Counted from the stretch's first letter, positions 11,128 through 25,800 are shown. The stretch: 55,166 nt of DNA from Catajapyx aquilonaris (GCA_000934665.2 KZ538663.1:1-55166), one strand, 5' to 3'. Notes: generated by a model from the sequence alone, not told the origin. Translations and numbers: made by a program.

Positions 11128-13889
11128 TGTAGCTGCATGCTCATCTACAATAACAAATAAAATAGTTAACACTATGCAACAGGATGCTCTGATAAACGAT
11201 CTGCAATGTATAACATGTCAGAAAAATCAGCATGGTCCGGTTTCCTCACTCAAGACCAGAAATCTGTGTATTCACAATAATGAGATGCAAAGTATGCAGC
11301 CAATATAGCATAACTGAATTACCTGAATTGCCAACAATCCCAACTTCTTGTTAAAGTTTTTTGGAAAGTGGTCAGCAAAGTACTTGAAGCTATACTTCAT
11401 GAACAAAATGTTTGGAATCAGGAATTAAAATTAAACCAGGTAGCTAATTTTGTAAACCCCCAATTATGCTTATTGCAAATGTTACTACCTGACATACTTT
11501 GACTCAGTACTTTTAGGTTCATATAGTAATGCTTTCAATAAAAACTGCCCACTTTTTACACTCTAAAAATTGACAATTTGCACTCCAGGAATTCAAATTA
11601 GCAAGTGGCAAACCGGACCTAATTAGTGACCATTTATCAATATAAATCACTCACACTTTCCTCACAACAAAACATCAGTGCATTTTATGAGAAATCTCCC
11701 GTGTCAACAGTGCATTCCCCCAGCCAGACATCGTAGATTGAGCCAAGAGAAAAAAAAAATTGAACCTGACATCACTGAACACTTTTTTTTTGACCCTTCA
11801 GTCATCCTCCACGTCACCGGCGTGTTTTTTTCTCTATTATCCTCTATCGACAAACACTATCCAATCAATCACTGTGTTTTTTTTAAAGGGGCGAGCCCTG
11901 ACCACTATAGACATATCGCAGCCACAATACACCGCCCTGAGGTTATTTTGTTGCGCCTTGGAAAAAATTGGGCACAATGCGACATTTAAAGTGTCCAGAG
12001 AGCACAAAAATAACTACCCAGATTTTCACCACTTTTTCACAACGATTTGCAATAAATGACAGACGCTGCTTTCTAAAATCTGACCCATATTTTTTTTTTT
12101 CGAGAACATTTTCTGCAAGGATGTAACAGTATTTCGTGGGAGTGCAACAATTAATTTTTTTTTTTAAATCCGATAAACAGTCATACTAATACTGTAACAT
12201 ACAAGTTTAATGCGACGTCTCTGTGTACGGCATATCAACAATATTTTATTCCACACATTCTCTCATCTCATTGTCAAATGTCATTCATATATTAACGATA
12301 TAAAATGTGATTCATTTTTTAGGGGGGCTATTACTTGTGCAAATTGTCTCGATCGAATACCAGCAGTTAGTCACAACTTAATTTCAATTGTAATAATTGC
12401 AGTGTAATACCATTGTACTGGTGAGGTCGGATCAAATTGGGTGTCCTCATAAATATAGCTACACTCCAAATCCGCTAGTAAATCATTGTTGATCTGAAGT
12501 TGTAAGTAGAACCCCTCTTCCATCTTCAAGATTTCGTCTGCTAAAAGTGTACCTTTTTGGTACTTAAGTTTTATTGCATTTATATGTGGCTATTAGCAGA
12601 TATTCCATATTTGATTTTTTTTTCAAGTGATGCCATACATCAAACTTGAGGAATCATGTTGGACGGAAATCGATGTGCGAGAAGGCAAGGGGTTTATATC
12701 ATCTTACAACAACATGCTAACAATAATCGACTCATTTTGAGTTCTGGAACAGCAGTCACGCCAATTGTTCAAAATTATTATTTTTTAAATTACATTACGA
12801 TCCGTCGTCACATGGCTTCTGTTTCAACTCTCATACATCAGAAAGTGATTATCTCACCAGTATGGGGTATCTTTAAAAGAAAAAGAAAAAAAGTGTTACT
12901 CCTGCTTTGAATACATGCGACAAGTATAGCCATTATACAACCGTATTCTCATAACCTGTTCCTCACTTAGGCGTACAAAATCTAGTATGCCTATAGTCAT
13001 TAATGTGCAACTCTAAAAGTACAAATAACGTAACTTTCTTCAAGTTTTTCGATATGTTCTCCAGAATTGCCAGTTGCCACAGCTCCACCAATCGTAGTAA
13101 TAATCTGCTTAAAATTGACCTTTCGTATTTGCTAATGTAATGAATCGGTGGGCATGGCATCATGCATTACTGAAGATGTATGCTATTTACGATGCCTGAA
13201 AATCTACTATGCAGAATCCCTTTTTATGTCGTATTAGTATCCTTCAGAGAAAAGAGAGCAAGACACGCACTAAGGTTTAAACATTGTAAGAAATTTGTTC
13301 AGAATCAATAGCTACAAAAATGGTCAGATAGAGAGTTTTTTTTAATGTAGGGGGGGGGGGTTAATACGCAGCTCAAATTGGCCCAAATGGTCCAATGCAA
13401 TTTTTTTTTTCAATCTCTCACAAGTTATCAATATAAAATGCCAACCACTACCAGAATGTCATGTCAACTAATGTGGAACTTATAATTTGAAAATTTAAAA
13501 AGTGTCTTCGGTTTTTGCGATCGGTTTTATGCATCGCTCTTTGCACCACTCTTCTAACAGTGTTTCATTCATCATTCTGCACTGCACATTTATGAATTTA
13601 GCATTTCTTTATTAATAAATTATTTCCTGATTTGACAACGACCAAACCAGTGGTGAAAAAGCCAGGCATAAACCTACCCCGAGCCCAATGTCCAGAAAAA
13701 TACTCTAGCGTCGTAAACCCAACTCGATCGGCCATTCATGTGAAAAGGTGGGTGGGCATCTCTGCTGGCTGTAATATATTTTTTAAAAGTTTGTAATATT
13801 TTTTTTTTGGTTGAAATACACACGGCATTGTCGCATCCCTAACAAACATACAAACTACGCACATAGTGAAACGTGATTGGAGGAGTCAG

Positions 13890-16800
13890 TCAGTGTGACT
13901 GCTTGCTCTGGGGTTGATTGGCTCCTGGTTGCGGTGGTGGCGGCGGCGGCACTTGCGGTGGCTCCGTCGATGGTTGTTGTTGTGACTGAGAGGATGATGC
14001 CTCCTTTTTCACACACGGAGGGGTCATGTACACAGAACCCCCGTACGCATCACACACTAGGAAGTGCTCCCTCTCAGACTTAGCTCCCGGCCGGGCGGCA
14101 CCAGATGCACTGCCCTCGTTTAACACGCCTACGTCTCTGGGTTTCCACACGGGAGAGCCTGCAACGGGGGAAACACGCTTCAGATCCAAAGCAAATGGTC
14201 AAAGAACATCTGTGGACACCCAGCCAAGAGCCCAAGAGCCTAGGCGGCTGTTTCGCTAACGAAACAGTAAGCGAAACAGCCAACCCTTTCGGTACCGGCG
14301 CCGTATTTTACGGCGCTACACTTAAGAGTGACTCCAACCCGTTTGGGACATGTGCCCCGTGTGGGATACATGCCCCGTGTGAGACATGTGCCCCGTGTGG
14401 GATATATGCCCCGTGTGGGATATATGCCCGTGTGGGACATGTGCCCCGTGTGGGATATATGCCCCGTGTGAGACATGTGCCCCGTGTGAGACATGTGCCC
14501 CGTGTGAGACATGTGCCCCGTGTGAGACATGTGCCCCGTGTGGGATATATGCCCCGTGTGGGACATGTGCCCCGTGTAGGACATGTGGCCCTTTTGTGAC
14601 ATATGACCGGCAGGCGACAGCCTGAAGCGTTCACACCACCACTTCTTATTCCCCAAGTAACTTGAAAAGCATGAAAGCTTCAGAAACAGTCATTCTAAAA
14701 ATTAAGAAAAACAAGTGGGTGTGACCCTTCAGAAAAGATGTACCAGCCACGTGTGATCCTACCAGAGGGGGTCGGGGGGTCAGTCTTAAGTGCATATGGG
14801 GGCGGGTCAGAATGAGAGGGGGCTGAAGGGAAATAATGTGAAGAAAAAAGCGACAGGTATTTTTTTGTTTATTTTTGAGCCTCAAATGATGCGTACACTT
14901 TTCAACTTTCTTTCAAAAAAATGACAGCCACACAAAAGGTCACATAAGTCGTGCATTATAGAGAATATCCAAAAGAGCTTCACAAGGTTCAAGCGGGGGG
15001 GAACTCAATCGAACCGTGATGCAGTTGCCCTTGCCTAGGTAGAGCATAATTATTATTATAATTTCGGATAACCTTTTTTTTAAAAAAAAAATATTGTAAC
15101 CTAAGCAAAATTGCAAAACCTTTCCGGCCCATTTGCTTCGGTGTAAATAGGACATAATTGTGAGCAAATGAAATGAGTTGCAATTAAATAGATAGCCTAT
15201 ATGAGTATTGGTTCAAGTCTTACTTTAATGCATTGAGGTAGGATAAAACAATTAGTAAGTCTGTAATTGGCACGATCATATGTTTGCACTATTTTATATT
15301 CTATTCAGCATTGTAGTTTTGCTATAGTGCTTGCTAGTACAAAAAAGTGCATAATTTTGACTTGAGCAATTACACAACATTTAATTGCAAACCAGTGGGA
15401 AGACAAATGTTGGTCAGCATGCTCAGCTTAGGAAGAGTTGATGTAAAATAACAAATGAGTCTATGAGTAATTGGCAGTAAAGGCTTGCAACAAAGTGGTA
15501 ATTATTATGATAAACTGCGATGTATTGTCGTTGTAAATAGAAAGCCTACTCTGTGCAAAACTATAACTTTAAAGAGATGAATAAGAAGCCATTAAGTTGC
15601 TTCTTAGCAGTGAATAATATGCAAGGTTAATTACTACAATTTTTCTGATTGGCTTTCGTACCTGTAGTACATATATCATGATTTACCATCATCTCATGAA
15701 TAGTGATAATAATTGCTATGTTTTGTGCTATAAATTGCAAACGATGAGTTAATTGGAAGAGACGAAGAAACTAAGGTCATGCGGCATAAAATTCGAAAGA
15801 GAACAAGTAGTAGCATGCATGTAGTAGTATTTCCACTGACAATGACTTTATATTTTTATTTTGTTTCAGAGCATACCTTGTGCACATCATTGTTTAAATA
15901 TTATCTATTTATTGTAATATTTATATTTCATCACATAACATGGCTATTTACGTCACTCACCTACATACTCGTACTTCCATCTACACTTGCATTAGAACTT
16001 TTAAAATGAGTCATCCTAACTTATTTTTATAATTTTGAAAAACCCAAGCCGGTAACATTAAAGAGAGTGTCATAAATTGCACCTTAATGGAACGCAATGG
16101 CATGAGATAATTATGTAGAGCTAACGTAATAATATAATTTTTTGTGACTGTGGAAGGAATCTATTAATTACTGTATTTATCAGAGGTACATTTTTTGGCA
16201 ACTTTTTAACAAATGGCGGTGTATGCCGAGGTTAGTCATAATTTTATTCTAGTAAGAATTACTAGTACACTATACATGGATTTAGTGCTGCATTTTTGTA
16301 ATCATAATTGGTTTGCAGGGACAGGAGAAAATCATAAGAACTGTAATTGCATAAGATTTCAACATAGATCTCCTTCAATATTTATTGCTGAATGATAAGT
16401 AACGGAAGATCTCAAATTTTCGCTTTTTAGATTAATGTCATGAATTCTGTAAATTAGCTGTTACTGCGAGCAAATTCTCCTTAACAATACCATGCCAAGT
16501 TATCAGCCTTCCACTTTAAACCCACCATCCCATTGAAACTACCACACCTCTGCATTATTTCCATTTAATTAATCGCAATAACAGTAACGAATTGTACCTA
16601 CTATGTACAGTACCCTCAAAGGCCATTTTAACACTCTGCAACCCTGTCTTCTTCCATCATTACAAGGTCTACAAAGTTTCAGCCCCATTTTGCAACAATA
16701 GTAAAAATCTCAATCGGAATTTTTGGCATACCCATCCGTTGATAAAGGCGTGTAAATGAACACTTGTGTGTCGCAGCATGCGGAGGCAACATACAATCAC

Positions 16801-19800
16801 TCATGGCAAGAAGTAGTGTTCCCAGACAGATAGCACTGAAGGCAGTCGCTCTTACCGAGGTCAGCTGAAGGTTGCGGTTGGTACTTTTCAGGATGGCTGG
16901 AGGACTGGATGAGCTTGGCTTGGCTTCCGGTGCTTCCTGCAGACAATGTGGAGGTGGTGCTCAGGCTTAGGTGGTTCGGGGTGCGGCCCAGGAGGGGTTT
17001 CCGCCCCTGGGTACCACACTCCTCCTCTCCTTCCGATTTGGTGCCAGGATCCGAGTCCTTCCCACGGTCAGAGTCAGCTCTTGAAGCCACACTCATCTCA
17101 TCTGAAAACGGCCTCCATGTAAACAGTGGCCTTAATTCGATCGGTAGTGAGACTTACCCATGCCATCGCTGACTGTTTTGCTTCTTGTGCGGAACCTTCC
17201 TTCCTCTCCTTCACCATCCACGTTGTCATAGTCGATGTTCCCAGCCGAATGTCTCTGTGAGCTTCTTCCCTGCTTCTTACCACGACCCAGAGTTTGCGAG
17301 CCTTGCACTATCTGAGGCCCACCACTTCCACTACCGATGGCACCTCCTGCTCCTGCACCTCCTGCATCCCCACCTCTGTCTCCTCCAGAATGACCTCCTG
17401 CACCTCCTCTGTCGTTGCCATTCCCGTTGCCTCCTCCTCCATTACCCGGACCTGACGAACCCTTAGCTCCAGATTTGGCCGATGGAAGATTCATATTGCG
17501 TACGCTCTCTCTGATTATCTGGCGGATTGTGCGGAGGAAGTTGTTGCGGAATTCGGAGGTGCTGAAGAGATGAGGACACATTGTTGATGGTGGCACAAGT
17601 ATAGCTCGATTGTTTCATACCTGTTTGAGAGGACGTACACTTTCTCTGATCGTCTTTGCAGCTGACTCTTCAGATGGATGAGCTCCCATAGGAAGTGGGA
17701 GTCAGCATCCCTTGCTGAGGATGTCCGGACTTGTACTTCTGTGACAGGTATCAGCACTTGGTAGCGGATTATCTCCACTTCAGATGCAGCGCTTTTACTG
17801 GATCCGCCCTAGAAAAACAAAGCGAAATAAGGACTTCGGTTGTGCTGAAAATTGTTATACGAACCATTAGCTTTTTCTTCTGCCTGAGGCGTTCCTTGCA
17901 CAAGAAAACCACGGCTGTCTTGAACACAAAGCACATGGCATGAAGTTCAAGTCCTTTCTTGATTTTTCCTAGGAAGTCCGCAATGTTCAGCCACTCCACT
18001 CCTCCATAGTATAACAGGTCACCAGGGCTCAGGTCGATAGGCTGGACGAGACAGGGAAGACACCATTCAAAGCCCTGAACAGTCAACCTCAGGAAAATAA
18101 TTTGAGCTGTTTATTATTATGGCAGTAAGATGCTGACGACATTTTGACTCATCACTACAGACGTAAGCAATGCTACTGTACAGTGTTAGAATAAGTTTTA
18201 GCTGCAGCTCCGTCAGCTATAGCAAAAAAAAAATGTGCAATGAGCAGCCACGACAGATTTACACCCTATGTACATTAAGTTGGCGTTCCTTGTCGCAGCT
18301 GCAGAGACACAAGCCTGTGCATAATGAATGCAATTATTTAGAGCTTAGTCTAATCGGTTTTAAACCATCGCATCACAAGCTGAGAATTTTGTGTCTAACA
18401 CTCTCGAAGGATTTGAGTAATCCCACGGATCTATATTTTTATCCTGGATGTTAGAGACACCTTCGCGCAGGGAAGATCTGAACAACCAGGATAAACAAGT
18501 TCACAAAACTAATTAATTTGCCGATTACTAAGTTGTCGCCAAACACGTCAATAGTTAACGTGACATCTGAATGAGCAAAACCCTTCCAGAAGTGATATAT
18601 CTTCATTTTGTTTTCACAATGAGCATGTGGAACACACAGGCAACAATGACCTAACCAAAAAAACGATATGGTGTGAGAATTTTATTGTTTCCTCAATTTT
18701 CTTATTCAGATTTTCGCCTCTATTGTTGCAAACAAGGATTTGGTCACCTATGAAGAAGTCAGCCCTGCATAAGTAGGACTGATAATTTGTGAAGAGCAGG
18801 CACAACATGGCTTTCATTGCATAACGAGACATTAAAAAAATGTACTGTGCGGTCTACTGCAGATGCACACTAGGGAGCGATTACCAGGATCTGGAAGGCC
18901 GCGCGGATTCGACTTCCAAGCATTTCTGTTCCAAAGTAGACTTGTTGTACCTGTTTACAGGCCTTCTGGTGCTGACGGAAGAGGTGGTCGAATATGGCCC
19001 CATACTCTTCGTGGATGCGCTGCATCTCGTTGATGTGTTCCGCCACCTTCTCCATCCCTTGCAGCGCCTCTGCACATTGCATCATAACATAACATTTTTG
19101 GACACACATGTACACAACATGAAAACTCATAGACTCACCAACGAGGTGCTGATGTTCGTCTGATGAGACGTCTGTCAGGTTTTTGAGCTGTTGTAGCAGC
19201 AACGGGTACTTGAGGATTCTCTGGATGGGCTTGATGAGGTATGATTCCAACGTGGAAGAATGCTGCTGCTTCGGGTTTCGGGCAGCCAGAAACTCTTGCA
19301 GAGCCTGATTGCCTTCGCCTGACAAGGAGATATTTTTTGGTGTTATTTTCGCAGACAAAAGAGGGGGGAAGACTATATGCTGCAAGTATAAAAGGAACAC
19401 GAGCTGGGAAGCCTCTTACTTACTTGGATGAAGGACTTTTTGAGCTTTGGAATGACTGGCACAAAAGGAGCTGTACAACTTAAAATGGTCCACGTAGTAT
19501 AGGAAAGCATTTCCGACGGAGAAGAGGACATTCTGAAAGCAAAGAAAAATCGATGACTCCGGACTGAGATGGCAAATATTTTGACAAAAAACAAACGGTA
19601 AGTGCAATTTCAATCCAAATTCGGGTCAAGCACATCCCAAAATCAACAAACCCAGAACGTAAAATATTTTCTTCTAGTGTAGTGTACAGTGTTCAACAGT
19701 GTGTTTCATAAGTATTTTTTTAAAGAAATTGACTCACCTTGAACTGATTTGAATATTCAAATTTAGCAAAGTTGGGCTCGAGTTCTAATGCCTCCTCCAG

Positions 19801-22800
19801 GTTTTGCAGAAATAGCCTCTGGAAAGCAACAATTTCTTGGATATTTCCAAAAAGGGCGTTGATTTCCGCGTTGGAAAGGAAGGTCTCCCTCTTCAACGGT
19901 TCCAGATAGTGCTCTAACAAACTGGTCAAATGCTGAAATAAAATAAATCCGATCGCGAGTTATGAAGTCGGGAAATTAACATTGGGAGCGTAGAGATTCC
20001 CCACTATTCATTTTTAGCGGGCCGGTTGACCCGCTTCGCGGGGCAACCGGCAGGGAGGAAGAATATAATAAATTAATAATGTAATATAAAAATTATTCAT
20101 GTTTTTAGTTAGGCTACAGGTATTTTTTAAAATATTTATTAAATGGACACGTTGGATGACCTCGAGAACAGCTATTTTTATTGGCTGTTGGGAATTACTG
20201 CGCAACGTTCTAACTTCATGTGCGCTTAGTGCATTTCTGTGTATCCAACTCACCTTGACGTAAGTGCGTTCCGTATCGACAAGTTCAAGAAGCACTTTTC
20301 TGAGCTTTTCAGCGTCAGTCAGCTGCCTTCCTGGAGTGGCACTGGCCGAATGCGTCGATGCGACACTGCCTGTTGGAGAACTGGAACCACGACGAGGTTC
20401 GCTTGGAGACCGACAAAAGCCCGTCACCTGCTCCGCTGTCTGTCGAGTGACATTTAAAAAATAATAATTACAGGATGTCATAGATTTGGATATAATTTTA
20501 TAGAAACTTACTTTGAGCAAATTCTCTATTTCGAATGAACTTGTTCTAGATGTTTTTCCAGTTCCTCCTGCTGATGGTGCTGGAGAGGTTTCTAGTTCAG
20601 GAGAATGGAGATCCTTCGGGACCACTGGAGCGTCTGGAAAATAATTAGAAATATGCCACTTCCCAGCTATAAGACTGTGTACAGTCATTTCCATTTGGTT
20701 CACATGGCGTGACTTTAATTGGAATCTGATCTAATAAGACCTTCCATGTATCAGTTTTTAGCATGTTAAATTCGCCGCTATTTGAAACAACAATCAAAAT
20801 AACTGTTACATGAGTGTGTTGCTTTATCTGAAATAATAACAGTCAGAAGAGCCAATCCACTTACTGTATCGCATTTCAGTTGAAACACTTCCTGGCATCG
20901 TAGCCCACTTCCTGCCTCCATTGTATTCTTGTGGAAAATTAAACCGTGTAAGACATAGCCATTGAACACCGTGTAAAGGCCACAAATTCCGCTGACACTG
21001 AATGTGCAGTACAATTAAAAATTTAAATATATTTACTGGTGAAATAATTTTGTCAGCCCATCACTTGTTATTGTTATAGTACTTTACATATTAGAGTCAA
21101 TAGATACTCACTCCACGATGGTGCTGGGACAATAAGCCCAGTGATCATTTCTTCTGAAATGAGGGCATCAGTGGGCGGAGGTGGACAAACCAGGCTCTCT
21201 ATCAGGTCATCAGTTGCCCTGAGTAGGCCACTGCCTACCTCCGGAGGTTCAGTGCGAGATGACCTCATCATCATGCAAAGAGACAGCTCTTCCTGAAGGA
21301 CCGACTCGATATACATCATGTCCAGGTCCGACACTATAGCTCCGTTGATCACCATGATCTCATCTCCCTTGATGATGCCTGCAAATTCATTAATGAGGTG
21401 TACAATATCTCAGGAAAATTAATGACGTTGAAAACGATATTGTGTTACGGTCTTTGACAGAATGTGATTAAACTCACCGTTTTGCATTGCTACGCTCTTG
21501 TCCTCGACTCTTGACACATAGCAGCAAAGTTCGTCTTGTCTCTCTGCATTTTCGATCAGTTCTGCTTCAACGGAAAATCCCCACATTTGGTCCAAAGTAG
21601 TGCGTTGCAGTTCCACTTGATACAAAATTTTCACGCAAACTTCTACAACTTCGTGGGTGTGAAGCTAAAAATAATAAAAAAAATGAAACAAAATAATACC
21701 GTTTCTCATTAAAAATGTCTCACATTCTGCAACGTTACATAACTATTTTTGCACACACCTTTGCTGCATAATGCAAGTTTTCTAACCTATTTGGGCATAT
21801 TCTGATGGAAGGTATTATAAATGCTATTAGTATTCCCAGCAACATCTGCCTGGGGAATATAGCGGAAAATGAAACAAAAAAAAATGCGAGATCCATTATC
21901 TCCCCTTCCCCACCTATACCTCTGAGGAAAAGGGTTCGACATATGAATAATAGATTTTGGAACAGACACGAGAGGGATCTATCCAATTTTGCTACATACT
22001 ATAGCTGTTTTTTGCACTATTAATATCTAAATATGTTTACATGCCATCTGCAAAATATTAATTTAACTCATCCGCCCAGATTTCACTTTTTTTATATAAA
22101 ACTTACATAAGTGTCGATGAGGTCAGTGCGGTGAGGAACAAAGTAGTTTGAGTCTTCCATGTCGCGGCGTTTTTTCACTCGAATGAAGTGTTCCATGGGA
22201 TTCAGGCCTTTCTTGCCGCAGGCGCTTACGAGGAACTCCTCCACTGACATGGCGTCTTTCAAAGAAACGTACACAGTTTGCTGGAAAGTCCAACACATTG
22301 CAATTAGTGCATCCTTCGTTTTATTATTATTTAATAGCAAAATAAATTATGAAGAGTTTAAACTAAGCCTATTGCACACACGCCTATCATATGCCGCTGG
22401 TCGTCAACATCGCAGTTTTTTAATCTACATAATATCAGAGGCTTAGCTTCTAGCATAAATAAAGCCTGCTTACACAAAATGTTGACCCATCATCCACTAC
22501 GACTACGGGTTTTTTTTTCCACGCAACTAAGCTCCCCCATGTGCGATTGAATTTTAATCCGTTTCAAGCATCACACTTGTCGGTCGGTAACAGGATTGTT
22601 TACTGTGAGCCAATGAGAAGTAGTCCCAGCAGCCTGGATTGCTGTCAATTGCCTCCCACCATCCATTTTATTAAGCACTTACCATGGACTGGAGTGGCTC
22701 ACTATACATGCCAAATACATGATGGTATTTTGCCACGAAACACCCGCTTAATTTGCGTAAACTGTGTGTTGGATTCATCAACTTGGGTGCAAAAATACCC

Positions 22801-25800
22801 ATGTTATTTATAAGGTAAAGGTACCCTTCCACCTCGAAGGTACCCTTCCACCTCGATCGAGTTGGAAGGGTATCTTCGAGGTGGAAGGGTACCCTTACCT
22901 TATAAATTAAAGGTAAAGGTACCCTTCCACCTCGAAGGTACCCTTCCACCTCGATCGAGGTGGAAGGATACCTTTACCTTATAAATAAAATGGGTATTTT
23001 TGCACCCCAGTTGACAAGGTGACCTGGACTGACCTGGTTATCTGGCAGGTTGACCTTGACGCTCTTGTCAGACTCGTCCCTGGATCCCATAGCCAGGGAG
23101 CGTCGACTGGAGGAGCTGTTTGACCTGGAGAGCATGGGTGCCCTGCGTTTGGTAGCACCCCTCCCTGCCAAAAGGTTGTTAAGGAGGGAAGGACTTCTGG
23201 CACACACGAATGCGTGGAAGGAAGAGACTGTGAACACCCCCAAGCGATTCAAAGTGCCTTTAGTAGGTCGTGACACGTGCGTCAGGAGGCTCTGGAATAT
23301 ATAGAAAAAATGATATTGATTTATCGATTCATTAATTTAGGGTACTGTTGGCAAAAATGGCTGGAACAGAGTGAGCTAAAATTGATTTACCTTAGGATTT
23401 GGGAGCTCCCCATTCTGAAGGGAAGCCATGTAACAACGCAGACGGAACTGTTCGCAATGGAGCCTCTCCAGGTTTTCCTCCCATTGGGCTATTTGGGCTC
23501 CGATCTGCTGCTTGGTCTCCAGGTCTGACACCACGGACAACTGCAGGTCTGCCATATGCTTCAGTTTGCTGTCCTGATGGAGGAGTGACAAAAGTGTCGA
23601 CATTTCTTACCTTATAAAAGGTTGTTACCTTATAATAGGTTGTTACCTTATAAAAGGTTGTTACCTTATAAAAGGTTGTTACCTTATAAAAGGTTGTTAC
23701 CTTATAAAAGGTTGTTACCTTATAAAAGGTTGTTACCTTATAAAAGGTTGTTACCTTATAATAGGTTGTTACCTTATAAAAGGTTGTTACCTTACAAGGG
23801 TTACAAAGGGTTGTTACCTTACAAAACTGCAATTTTTGATCAACATGTGATTCATGCCAGAAGATAAAACCGGCTTGTTACTTAAATCCAGCCGATTTTT
23901 ACTAACCCTGTTGTGCAGTATGCATAAGTACATTTGCTTTATAATAATGGCAATTTGACACCCTGCCCGTCCTTTTTAAGAAAATGGCATCGATCCATCT
24001 CTTCTCTCCACGATGGGTCACCCATCACCCCAAAGTATATAATCCATCAAGGCTTGAAGCACTTGCACAAACTGCCCGTTCATGTTGCACATTACTGTCC
24101 AGAATTCGTAATTTATTTATTGTCGTTAATTATCCGGTACGTTACAGTACATGAGTCAGTAACCGCAACGACGTAAGTGTTTACAACTTTGTCGAGAGTT
24201 GTTGGAGGATTAATGATTGTAGATGGGATGAGACTCTTGGCACGAAAGTTAATCCGATATCCCGTGTAGTTCCATGTATTGCAGGACCTTACAGTATACA
24301 CTCTCTTATTATTGGAAGGCTTCATCGGCAACCTCGCTCTCATTTCCTGGAGCCTGTGCTGCCTAACCGTTACCAAGGCAGCCATGAGCACCACCTACGT
24401 CATTCGGCAGAGGAAATCTTTCACTATGTGTGATGTACCATCTGCGCTATATTTAGTAAATAAGCGGTAACCTGATACGAACGCCTGGTAAAAGCTTTGT
24501 AGTGCTTAAGGGATCATAGTGCTGGCTAATTAAATTAATCCAACACAAACAGCTGTGGTAATGGTGACATTAATCTAGAGTATAGTTGCACATGTATGAT
24601 ACACTACAATTTGAAAGGCGAAAAAATCGGACCAAAACCAAGACCAAAACGTTATCCCCAAGATCAATCTTAGAGCCTGGTGTAGCTGTAGGTACGAAAA
24701 TAACATGAATAAAAAAGTACTTACTGACTCGATGGCTTTCTCTAGTCGATAAATTTCTTCCTGCAGAAGGTGTAGGGTTCCAGTTTTTCCCCGATGCCTT
24801 GCAAATGCTGCTGCACAGGCACAGTGAATGCTGTTTACCCAGTTTTCTAATTCCACTTGGCACGGAGCCTGAAGAAAAACAAAGGAAAAGAAAATGAGTA
24901 TATCGGATCCAATGCAACCCATTTCCAGATGCGACCCTTTATAATAATGAATCCAGTGGGATGTAATTTGTACTACAATGATACCCAAACTAGAAGAAAA
25001 ATGTAACCCAACTGGAAGAAAGGGTTCCACTTTGGGTCATCCTTCCATGATGGAAGGATGAAAATTTCACCCACCTGGAAGAGGTAAGCATCTCCGAATG
25101 CAGTGCTGAGACAGAAGATGTAGTCGCGTTTTGGATGTTCCGGTATGGGCTGCAGGATGGCACCGTCCACGATGATGAGGTGCTTTGGTGCTGCTTCCAC
25201 CGAGCGTCCTTCCCTGGACTCGCAAGGGTAGAACAGGAGGGTAGTGCCCTTCAGACATACCCAGTAGCCCTTCCAGCCTCGTTTTCGAGCCAGCTCGATT
25301 TGGTGCTTCTTTCGAAGCAGCCATTTTTTCACGCTTAGGAACCTGATTGGATCAAGCAATGCGGATGATGCGCAACAGTTCATTAGACCATACTGTCAAC
25401 AACCAATTATTACGCGGCTGACACGCAGTTACGGGTCGCTACGCAGGAAGCTGATATGCAATTATGAACCTGCGATGCAGCAATGATGCATGTGCCAATT
25501 ATTTTGATGCCAAACTTTTTTCTTATGAAAATGTTGGCACAGTTACGTAGACGATTTCCAATGATTGATGTCAATAGCTGCATCTTTTCTTACCTTTCAG
25601 ACTTTGTCATGCGCGATAGGAGATAGTTTCGGGTAGCTTCCCAGTGCAATGCCCCTGGATAAGGTCTGCGGTGGTATGGATTCGATAAGGAAAAGTCATA
25701 TATTCAGCTCCGTCAGTTCCCCTGAGGGAAATGAGTTGAATCCCTTTTGACATTCAGTAGTAACATGCCGAATCCCTGCCTCGGAACTGGAAAACATGAC

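Noticed and set aside
14105..14656. ORFs with HVPRVG / CAPCET / GHMSHT repeats (metallothionein-like look)
   Set aside because: Artefacts of the 18-bp intronic minisatellite, which is open in many frames on both strands.
23392..23867. KVTTFY / RLLPYK repeat ORFs
   Set aside because: Translations of the 18-bp minisatellite; the real exon starts at 23573.
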